64,000 bases of DNA from Perkinsela sp. CCAP 1560/9. Lineage: Eukaryota; Protista; Euglenozoa: Kinetoplastea. Made by a program: the position numbers and the translations under genes. The stretch covers positions 62,001-126,000 of the forward strand of contig CBFFSA010000013.1 of assembly GCA_965644495.1 (NCBI GenBank), read 5' to 3'. Shown here one piece after another: positions 55,074 to 64,000 of the stretch (within the stretch, counting starts at the first letter, position 1; every line of letters starts with the position of its first letter). The notes under the pieces were generated by a model. It did no database searches and had not been told where the DNA came from. It saw nothing but the letters and a program-made list of their open reading frames with translations.

Positions 55074-56907
55074 CCGTTAGTACCCCCTGACTTTGCATTC
55101 CCCCTGACTTTGCATATTTTTCTGTTTTTGAAAATTTCTTGATGTGCAAAGTCTCGGGGGTATCAAAATTTCGAAAAATGCTGAAAACTTAAATTTCTTT
55201 TTTTTGTAAAGGACATGTAAAAATTTAACCAGTCGTACAAATGTAAATTGCATTGTTTAGTTTCTGTCATTTTCAACAATGTTATGAATGTCTACAATAG
55301 TATGGAAGCGTATGCCCCGATCGCAACTTCTACTATTTTAAATCAACTGAAAGATTGTCTAAGCCGAGCTAACTTTGTTGGTACTGGATACAACAACGAA
55401 TTGGTGATAATGGGTCTGCACTTCATGTCGTCAACAACATGTATCGTACGCTTTTTAAGCGTACCAGTGATATTATTTCTCGTAAGGACGTATCAGAAAC
55501 TTGGACGCCACTGTTATAATAATTTTGCGGTGGTTGTAAAACTACCGCTCTACACTCGATTATTGAAAAAAAAGTGAACAAAAACAGTGAAAATATAAAG
55601 GGGAACACAGTAATATAATAGAAGAAAAAAATATAAAAGGGGGCTCCGGTGGACCAAAACTGAAAAAAAAATTTGAAAAAAATGGGGGGTCCATGGGGGG
55701 AGTCCGGGGGGGGTCCAGGGGGGAGTCCAGGGGGGAGTCCAGGGGGGGGTCCAGGAGGGTTATGGTCGAGCAATTTTTTTCGAAAAAATTAGTTTTCGAA
55801 AAAAAACCGCAGAAAGGGTAGCCGGGGTCTTGGCGCGCATTTTCCACCCCCCTACCCGGGGGTGACCCCCCCGCGTATCCGCAGGACCGGTCCGCCAAGT
55901 TCGGATTTTTTCGGAAATTGTTTTTTGAAAAAAATTTCAACTTGGCGAAAAAAATGACAAAAAAAATATTTTTCTAAAATCGTTTCCCCTATTGTATTGT
56001 GATAGTTTGGGACCTACACTAGCTTTCTCCGCAGTTGTTTTCGCAAGGTATCCCTTCTTCTAACCGTGGTGCGCCCCTCAAAATGACCCATTTTTGACTA
56101 AAAAAGGTGAAAAAGTATTTTTCGGACCTAAAGGGGCATTTTTGTGTCGAAAGAATGGTATGGTTGGAGTCGCATTCTCTACCTAATACGTTCGGTAGGC
56201 TTTCATTCATGCCTACGAGTGATTTCCCACGCGCAAATGTCGGATTTAGTGCTCTGACAGCAAAAGTACGCGAAAATCACCCCATTTTTACCCGAAATTC
56301 GGGTATTTTTGGCTATAATCTTTCCGTTTTCCAGGCCAAATTTTCTTTTTTAGGCTCTTCGTTAAACGCGGCGGTAGTTTTCAACGCGAAGCGCGCAGCA
56401 TGAGTGACTTCTAAGTTGAAAACAATAAATATTGAATGTTTAATTTTTGTAATATTGTTTAATTCTGTAATACTATTTTGATTAACCTTCGATTTTTGTT
56501 CGTTAATATTTCTTTGTTTGTTAATATTCGTACGTCCAGAGCTCCGTCTTGTAGTTTTTCTTTGTATCTGAGATATTTTCCTCTGGTTTTTTTCTCAGTG
56601 TAGAACAATAACAGATTCTTTTTGAGTCCACAGCAACGGTTTACTTCATTATTGCGCATTATGCATTTGTATTTATTCGTATACACGTTCCGTATTTTCG
56701 TATTTTCTTTCCTACTACATCAATGACCGACGAAGAATATGCGAGGAAACATTTATGCGCGGAAGATCTCATCCCTTTTCACCCCTTCCTTTTTACCCCC
56801 TCAACCCACCTTCATGACTTTGCACACCCCCTGACTTTGCACAAAAACCTGATTTTTCGCTGTTTTCGTCGTGCAAAGTCGTTGCGCAAAGTCGGGGGTA
56901 CTAACGG
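55074..56907. mobile_element. CCGT-ended TIR element with GACTTTGCA sub-terminal repeats and a nested HINE
   Basis: ta|CCGTTAGTACCCCC..GACTTTGC ... GCAAAGTCGGGGGTACTAACGG|tg. Confidence 0.75.
55524..56424 (-). mobile_element. HINE-like element, near-identical to 31140-31995
   Basis: Colinear with that copy; palindrome truncated. Confidence 0.8.
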
Positions 56908-57336
56908 TGCCTTAATTCGATTCTCATATCCACCCTTCTCATATCCACCCTTCTCATGTCAAGAAAGGTAAACTAACAAGAGAAAGTGTTCGTTGATCCT
57001 ATTAAATTTATGATGACACATATGAAACGTTATAAAAGAACGCATGAGGAAATTCAGAAGGCCACCGTATTGTATACGAAAGAGCTTTGACATTTGTTTT
57101 AATGTTTTACATGCACACAGATACATGTATTTTCAGGTAGATGAGTACTCACGAGAAGACTAAAATGACATTTTACTTTAAAACGTTTTCTAACTGTGCA
57201 ATAGAAAGCTTTATAGTAAAGAAAGCTCAGGAAAATGATAGTAAAAACAGTATTAGATAATATCTACATCATTGTAACATGGAATAATGTGTCTTGCGGC
57301 GAAATAGCCATATTTGCGAATGATTATTTTAGACTT

Positions 57337-57924
57337 TCAACCTAATGTAATGATTTGAGTATCACTCCAGTCCCAGTTTCTGGGAGTCACTGAGTACGAA
57401 ATCGGAAGGTCACATGGGCGTACTGTCCCACGAAGGTTAAAATTCTGAGTTACGTAAAATTGCAACATACCAGGGGGCATGAACGTAAAGTCTATATTTC
57501 CAGTAAAATTATTCTTCGATAAGGATACAAACTTGAGAGTTTGAGGAAAGTGGTGTAGCTCTATTGGCCCAGTAAACAAGTTTTCAGAAAGACGTAACAC
57601 TTCAAGATTCCGAGGCAAGTGTTGCCATTCCACTGAACCAGAAAATTCATTGGTCCATAGAATTAGTGTTCTTAATGTTCGTGGAAGAAATTCCCACTGT
57701 AATACGCCGCGAAGTTGAAAACCACTCCAATAAATTTCTACAACATTTTCACTGGTAAAATTTGCGCACCTCACTCCATTCCATTTATGCGCAATCGTAT
57801 CAGAACTCCATGAGTTGTGAGGGTTTTCTACATGTCGTACCAGCTGAACTAAATAATACTCCGGGGGTAAGGATGCTCCACGGACTTTTGCTGCTCGGGA
57901 TCGTGGTAATGCCTCGTCGCACAT
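57337..57924 (-). CDS. Leucine-rich repeat protein
   Basis: RAAKVRGASLPPEYYLVQL..NPHNSW..WNGVRC cap plus LRRs. Confidence 0.87.
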   Translation of the reverse strand: MCDEALPRSRAAKVRGASLPPEYYLVQLVRHVENPHNSWSSDTIAHKWNGVRCANFTSENVVEIYWSGFQLRGVLQWEFLPRTLRTLILWTNEFSGSVEWQHLPRNLEVLRLSENLFTGPIELHHFPQTLKFVSLSKNNFTGNIDFTFMPPGMLQFYVTQNFNLRGTVRPCDLPISYSVTPRNWDWSDTQIITLG

Positions 57925-58023
57925 AGTGGTGATGCGAGTTGTAAGGTTGATATGAAGAAAAATAGCACTTCTTATTGATTTACTGGTAAATTTCATTCGT
58001 CAAAAACATTCTATTGGATCATA

Positions 58024-58415
58024 CAGTGGTGGGCAACGATATGTACCCCCCCCTACAGGTCTTGTATTTTGATTGATTTTGGAAATATTTATCGATAATG
58101 ATAGCGCTTCTAATAGGTGACAAAAGCTGTACACATCTCACAACGTACGTGTTGTGCAGTAAGACATGCGGGACGAGATAGATCCGTCGTGTAAAAGCGA
58201 AGAAGCGCGAAAAATGACGCAAGATAGGGGTGTTCTGCAAAAATCATGGTTTTTCGCACATTTTTTTGAGGTTTTAATGTGAACCAGCTTTCAACGAGTG
58301 AAAAGGACCTCGGATTCGGAACGATTGGGTCGAAAAACGGTGGTATGCAAAATATTTCCAAAATCGGCCAAAATACAAGACCTGTAGGGGGGGTACATAT
58401 CGTTGCCCACCACTG
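58024..58415. mobile_element. Tc1-type MITE with ~65-bp TIR and TA TSD
   Basis: ta|CAGTGGTGGGCAACGATATGTACCCCC ... GGGGGTACATATCGTTGCCCACCACTG|ta. Confidence 0.9.
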
Positions 58416-58512
58416 TAGATAACTAAAAGCGGTAACCAAATTAGCGTAATAAAAGCTGTGACCGTACGTAGAGTACGATTTTTACGAATTGAGCGTCACG
58501 TCAACATAGGAT

Positions 58513-59271
58513 CTATGTCGAAACATTACAATCCTGAATAAAAATATCATAATCCCGTGGCCTTTGCTTGTGATCCAGAGCGTACACTTTCTCCAGCCGT
58601 TGTAACACCTCCAACCCCTCCACCACCCTGCCAAAACACACACAGGAGCCATACAGGTGGGCGTAGTCCACCTGCTCCCCGGTGGTAATAAAAAACTGAC
58701 TCCCCACTCTTGTGGGGGCGCTGTTCGCGGAGAGCAGCTGTCCGGGACCCTTTCCCCAGACACTCTCCCGAATCTCCTGCTCCCCATCAAACGTCTCCCC
58801 ATAGAGCGTGCGCTCCCCGGTGCCATCATAGTGCACCACGTCCCCGGTTTGTAGGCCAAACCCGGGCACGATGCGATGGAGTACACAACCCCTATAGTGG
58901 AGCTGGGGCCCCAGGGACTCGGCAAATCGATGAATCGTCTCGACCCGATTCAGATCCGTGTGGGGCTCAATCCCCGGAAGGGCTTCAGAGCCCGTACACA
59001 TGCGTTGAAAGTTTTCAACGGTCCGGGGGCAGCGAGTGCCGTACATTTCAAATTTAATATGGCCTAAAACAGTTGAAGGGGCGTCGACCGTGTTTTGATG
59101 CCGGGAGTGGACATAGCCAACTCGGGGTCGCGCGGCAAGGGTGAGACCGGCGTGCTTGTAACTAGGGAAGAGAGGGCCGGGGGTAGCAAAGGGAGATGCT
59201 CCGGAAGAAGACGTTTTGGGGGTTTGTCGACCAAGACTTCGGATTCGGGAGGTGATGCCGGACCAGGACAT
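58513..59271 (-). CDS. Cyclophilin-type peptidyl-prolyl isomerase, divergent
   Basis: CPRTVENF, HRIVPGF..QTGD, GSQFFIT, FGRVVEG; start assumed at MSWSG. Confidence 0.9.
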   Translation of the reverse strand: MSWSGITSRIRSLGRQTPKTSSSGASPFATPGPLFPSYKHAGLTLAARPRVGYVHSRHQNTVDAPSTVLGHIKFEMYGTRCPRTVENFQRMCTGSEALPGIEPHTDLNRVETIHRFAESLGPQLHYRGCVLHRIVPGFGLQTGDVVHYDGTGERTLYGETFDGEQEIRESVWGKGPGQLLSANSAPTRVGSQFFITTGEQVDYAHLYGSCVCFGRVVEGLEVLQRLEKVYALDHKQRPRDYDIFIQDCNVST

Positions 59272-59576
59272 GGGTGTGTGGAGGGTGCAAAGGTAGAAAG
59301 CAAGGTGTTGGTGATGAAAGAGTCGAGAGATTGTATTTGATGACTTAAGAATAGTGTGAAAGAATGCTCTAATGCTGATAGAAAAGATTCCTTGCCACTC
59401 GCACACTGATAATGCATAAAACTCGCACACTGATAATGCATAAAAACTCGCACACTGATAATGCATATTTTGAGCAAGCCCTTCAAAAAAAACTTGAGCC
59501 CTTTAAAAAAAAATTGAGCCATTCAAAAAAATTGGAGAAAGGCCCTTGGAAAAAAATTCTAGAAAAAAAGGCGGAT

Positions 59577-59999
59577 GCCAAGACCTTGTTTACCCGCCTG
59601 CAAGATAACAACGTCTGACGTTAGTGGGAAGCTATTTGCGAAGCCCAACAATTCCACCATACCCAACCCGTAATAAGCCAAGACCTTGTTTACCCGTCTG
59701 CAAGATAAAAACGTCTGACGTTAGTGGGAAGCTATTTGCGAAGCCCAACAATTCCACCATACCCAACCCGTAATAAGCCAAGACCTTGTTTACCCGTCTG
59801 CAAGATAAAAACGTCTGACGTTAGTGGGAAGCTATTTGCGAAGCCCAACAATTCCACCATACCCAACCCGTAATAAGCCAAGACCTTGTTTACCCGTCTG
59901 CAAGATAAAAACGTCTGACGTTAGTGGGAAGCTATTTGCGAAGCCCAACAATTCCACCATACCCAACCCGTAATAAAGCCAAGGCCTTGTTTACCCGTC
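59577..59999 (+). repeat. 100-bp tandem repeat (4 near-identical units plus a partial unit)
   Basis: GCCAAGACCTTGTTTACCCG starts at 59577, 59677, 59777 and 59877. Confidence 0.95.
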
Positions 60000-60648
60000 C
60001 GGCTAATAATTTCACCTTTGTTCCCGGTGAGGCCCCGGAGTTGCGAGAGGCCTCCATACCCCACAACTACCACCTTCCCCCCCTATTTAGCCGGGGTCGC
60101 GCGAGCGACCCCTGATAAATGGGGGGAAGGTGGTAGTTGTTTTGGGGGAAATGAGAGACCGAACGCACGGAGGGGCCGGCCGGGCCAATGAACCTAGATC
60201 TTGTTTACCCATTTGCGAAGCCCAACAATTCCACCATACCCCACCCTTAATAAAGCCAAGACCTTGTTTACCCGTGTGCAAGACAAAAACGTCTGACGTT
60301 AGTGGAAAGTAATTTGCGAAGCCCAACCGTCTGCAAGGTAAAATAGAAATGGAAAGCCCATTCTAGGAATCGGAAATATGCAGTTGAAGGAAAGTTGGTA
60401 AAACTTATAAAATAAAACTCACTAAAAGTGGCAGAATTTATTATGTAGCCCATGCCGCTTTCTGGAGAGTCACATCTTATGCAGAAGAGAAGAACCCGCC
60501 CAGCTTGGAGTTGAGTAGATGTCCAAACATGTTTAAAAATTGTATGGAAGAGTGAAATACGCACGTAAAGAGTGAAGTACGCACATGGAAGAGTGAAATA
60601 CGCACATAAAAAGCGTTAGAGAAAGGGACTGATGGGTCCTTCGGAGAT

Positions 60649-61655
60649 TCAAGAGGACTCCTGGGAACCGTCGACCAAAAATTGTGGGCGAGTTTTCCGA
60701 AGAATTTCTACGAACTCAAATGGCGATTGTTCTTGGAGCACTTCTTTTGGTCGAGCATTTATATCCCGCGAAACGGAGTCAAGATCCTTCTGCAAGATGT
60801 CACTAAACAAACGTCGTTTCGGGTAGAAATCTCGCACTACGCCGTTGAAAATTTCAGCACCCCTCTTCTCCCAACTTGCATACGGTTTACAAAAATACGA
60901 AGAGCAATTATAATTAAGCGACTAATTTACTTTCTCGTGTTTTGCAAACTCGGTTCCGTTATCATATGTTATGGAGTGAACCAAGAAACCTTGAAGAGCA
61001 CTGGTTATGTTTTCAGCGACCAGTGCCGATTTCTTGCATGTGAGCTTCTTTATATCCCGAACAGACTCTTTCGCTCAACCAAGGTGAGGAAGAATCCGCT
61101 GTGTCTTGTGCCTTCTATAAGGTCACATTCCCAATCACCGTATCGCTCCCGATTGCTAACAATATTCGGTCGCTCCTCAATGTCGGTGCGATTCGGAATA
61201 CCGGTACGGTTGGTTCCCCGACGGCGACGTTGACTACGTCTTCCTCCACGGCGCAGACAACTCTCCAAGTTCCCATGTTGACCATCATCCCGCTTGATAA
61301 ACCCGTATATTGACGTTCGGGATACTTTAATATCATCTTCTTTGCGCAAGACTACTGTAATTTGCTGGGGGCTAAAGCGCCTGCGTAGGAGAGACACGAC
61401 TTTGTCTTTAATCTCTCCTTTAATCATGCATGGGCGCGGCTGGCGTTTCAGCATGGACTGCTTCGCTGCTCGTTCAGCGCGCCTGGCACTGTACGTATCA
61501 TTTCGAAGTCCGCGTGCGAGTTCCCGGCTCAGAGAGGATTGATTCATATTCAATTTCGCGGCAATTTGGACTTGGGTGAAATTCTGTTGATTGTAAAGCA
61601 CCTCAATCATGGTGCGGTCCTCTGAATCTATACGTTGACTTCGTGGTTCACTCAT
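60649..61655 (-). pseudogene. IS30-family transposase (frameshift near 61050, TAG at 60922-60924)
   Basis: HTH QIAAKLNMNQSSLSRELARG; FSPQQI; IEERP..R.RYGDWECDLIEG; LVERKS; ITYDNGTEF; YFCKPYASWEK; INARPKEVL..SP.E. Confidence 0.92.
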
Positions 61656-61710
61656 ACTAAAATGCAACAAAAATTATCAAAAAAAAAGTCTTTGTGTTAA
61701 TATAGGCTTC

Positions 61711-61871
61711 ATGCATTATCAGTGTGCATTATGCGTTATCAGTGTGCATTATGCATTATCAGTGTGCATTATGCATTATCAGTGTGCATTATGCATTATC
61801 AGTGTGCATTATGCATTATCAGTGTGCATTATGCATTATCAGTGTGCGAGTTTTATGCATTATCAGTGTGC
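61711..61871 (+). repeat. 20-bp tandem repeat ATGCATTATCAGTGTGCATT, about 8 units (IS30-like element end)
   Basis: Direct reading. Confidence 0.95.
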
Positions 61872-62157
61872 CTACAGTCAGCAAAAAAACCGTTCGAATG
61901 TTTCGGTTTTTTTTCTTTGGTATAGAGCTATTGATTAAATATCACCGTTGCGCTGGTAATGTGTGCTAGTAGTGTAGGCATGAGTGTCACCTAATAGTAC
62001 CCGTAGATAGTTCGCCTCAGTTCGTTCTACCAAAGAAATAAGAACGAATATAAAAAAGTTTAGCATTCGAAAGGTTTTTTTGCTACCTATTATAGAGAAA
62101 ATCTTGTCCCAAAAAATAGATGAAACGTAATCGCCCAAGAGAGATTATGCCCGTAAA

Positions 62158-62412
62158 ATTAGTATTTAGTATTCCCCCCACGAGCCTTCAGCACTGCCTT
62201 CATATGGGCAGGCATACTGTCCACCTGGGCACGACATACTGAGGGTGGTATGTTCGCCCATTCCATTTTTACCCTCTCCCACAACTCTCGGACCCCGCTT
62301 GGTGGATCATCGTGCGCTGCAAGGCGCCGCTTGAGTTCTCCTCAAACGTTTTCGATTGCGTTTAAGTCAGGGGACTGCGGGGGCCACCGCATGACTTCAA
62401 ACCCGGTACCGC
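62158..62412 (-). pseudogene. Tc1 transposase C-terminal fragment, inverted relative to the adjacent copy
   Basis: WPPQSPDLN..ELWERVKMEWANIP..SMP..AVLKARG..TKY* on the minus strand. Confidence 0.85.
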
Positions 62413-62415
62413 GGT

Positions 62416-63252
62416 GTGTCTATGAGGTCCATCTCTGATACAGTAAATTTAAGTATCTCAACAATTTCTATGATATTAAAAAAAGAAAGGCCTGATACTC
62501 TCAGGATGCAGGGTGGATGCCCTCGAAAGCTTTCCGAGCCGTGCACACGCCGTGTGCGACGACTTGTGTTCTCCGGCAATTCTGCGCAAGAGGTATCATC
62601 TCAGCTGCGCCGCGAGGGCGTTGCTGATGTTGTTCCTCAGTCTATCCGAGTTTCGATGCACCGCTTCGGACACAAAGGTAAAAAGCGTGTCCGCAAGCCC
62701 TACCTGTCCAAGCGCCATCGCAAGCTTCGGATGGACTTTGCCACGGCCCATGAGCACTGGACAGTGCACGACTGGGCTCCAGTTGTATGGTCGGACGAGA
62801 CGAAGATCTCGCGCTTTGAAACGGGGGGAAGTCTTTGGACATGGGGGACCCCGGGGGAGGAACTGGGTGAAAAAGGGGTAATTCCCACGGTAAAGTACGG
62901 AGGGGGGCACATCATGATTTGGGTGTGCATGTCCCGAAGCGGTGTGGGGCATGTGCGTCTAGTTCAAGGGAACCTGAACGCCACACAGTACGTCGAGATT
63001 CTTGAAGAGAATCTTGCCCCCTCCATCGAAACTATGGGTCTAGACCCCCCAATGGTCATCTTCCAACAAGATAATGACCCCAAGCACACAAGCCATTGTG
63101 CGCAACGGCACCTCCGGGGTACCGGGTTTGAAGTCATGCGGTGGCCCCCGCAGTCCCCTGACTTAAATCCAATCGAAAACGTTGGGGGGGAACTCAAGCG
63201 GCGCCTTGCAGCGCACGATGATCTTCTTAGTTCCGAAATATATAAAACGTGA
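62416..63252 (+). pseudogene. Tc1-family DD34E transposase, truncated at both ends
   Basis: VVWSDETK, TVKYGGG, FQQDNDPKH, WPPQSPDLNPIE. Confidence 0.92.
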
Positions 63253-63888
63253 ATGCAACACGTGCAGCTTTACATTTTGTGGCATACAAATACTGCAAAA
63301 AAGAGGGAAAAACTTATTGGAAAGTGGATCCCTCAACGCAAAGTATTTGGTTCTCGATGTCACGACAACTACGTCCCAACACGAGATTCCAAAATGTTTT
63401 CCCAGCCCACGCTACATAAAAGAGTCTACTTCGCAGCAGTAGATGCCACACCCATACGATTGGCGATCTGGCCAATGAAAAATGGGGACGTCTTAAAAGA
63501 TAAAATTGAGCAGTATCCCGGTAAAATGGATATTATACTAGCGGAAGCTACAGCAATAGCAAATGCTATTCGCTGCGCTCATAACAATGGTTTTCAATTT
63601 GTTGTAATAGATAATGATAATACGGCTGCGTGTCACTCTTTTGTGAAAGGATATTCCCCGTGAGATACACTGGATCACATAATAAAAGGGTGTGAGTGTT
63701 TCAAAGGAAAGCTAGTGCTCTGTGACATACCCAGCGAAGAAAACATCGCTGATGTTGGGACGCGACCAGAGAAAGTGTACACTGAATCAGAATACAACTA
63801 TAGAAAGTTACAGTCGTGGAATCGACTTTGCCGCGCGTGGGACAATTACAAAAGGTTTGGTACGACATTCGCCAGCCGTGAAGAATGA
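63253..63888 (+). pseudogene. RNase H domain of a YR retroelement (DIRS/VIPER-like)
   Basis: AVDAT, IILAEATAI, DNDNTAA, then past an in-frame TGA IPSEENIADVGTR. Confidence 0.72.
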
Positions 63889-64000
63889 ATTGACCTATTA
63901 AATTTAGTTTACAAATGCTCGTAGTTCTGCATATTCACTAACCTTATCCCCGCTGTCAACTTACGTACTAAATAATACGCATACAGTATAAAACACAACT

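Larger units (their letters stand above)
59397..61876 (-). mobile_element. IS30-family transposon with iterated inverted terminal repeats
   Basis: GCACACTGATAATGCAT repeats at 59401-59466 are inverted at 61711-61871; the right end reads TGTAGGCACAC on the minus strand; encloses an IS30 transposase. Confidence 0.8.

Noticed and set aside
59272-59466. N-terminal extension of the cyclophilin ORF
   Set aside because: It is translated from transposon terminal repeats and intergenic DNA.
59577-59999. CRISPR array or spliced-leader RNA gene array
   Set aside because: The units are near-identical with no unique spacers, there are no cas genes, and no kinetoplastid SL exon-like sequence is visible.
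60649-61670. Bacterial contamination as the source of the IS30 sequence
   Set aside because: Provisionally rejected: the ORF is decayed, carries nested host-type repeats, has a second subfamily in the window and has no neighbouring bacterial genes. Read-level confirmation is still needed.
63661-63663. Stop-codon reassignment suggested by in-frame TGA in the RT and RNase H fragments
   Set aside because: Host genes are uninterrupted and several end in TGA; ordinary pseudogene decay is sufficient.

Overview
This is eukaryotic DNA, most likely kinetoplastid (Euglenozoa). Every recognisable host gene is intronless and on the minus strand, as in one polycistronic cluster. One gene encodes a KREPA-type RNA-editing editosome subunit and another a long mitochondrial IF3-like protein. 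Other host genes include a MAM33/p22-like protein, RBBP6/Mpe1-like, SMC2, V-ATPase E, G3BP-like, EBP2, a SET/MYND methyltransferase, EMC8/9, a cyclophilin and several orphans. An expanded family of LRR genes without signal peptides (9 intact plus broken copies) is interspersed among them. The intergenic DNA is dense with mobile elements: Tc1, pogo, MITEs, tyrosine-recombinase retroelement pieces, a Helentron/HINE-like family and a fold-back element with tRNA-like promoters. Two observations stand out. First, there are decayed IS30-family (normally prokaryotic) transposons in two subfamilies, with iterated terminal repeats, plus a non-autonomous TG...CA derivative with a 2-bp TSD. Second, there are about ten GC-rich islands with a C-left/G-right skew flip that override coding sequence. 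All calls come from reading motifs by eye; no database searches were run, and element boundaries are approximate.
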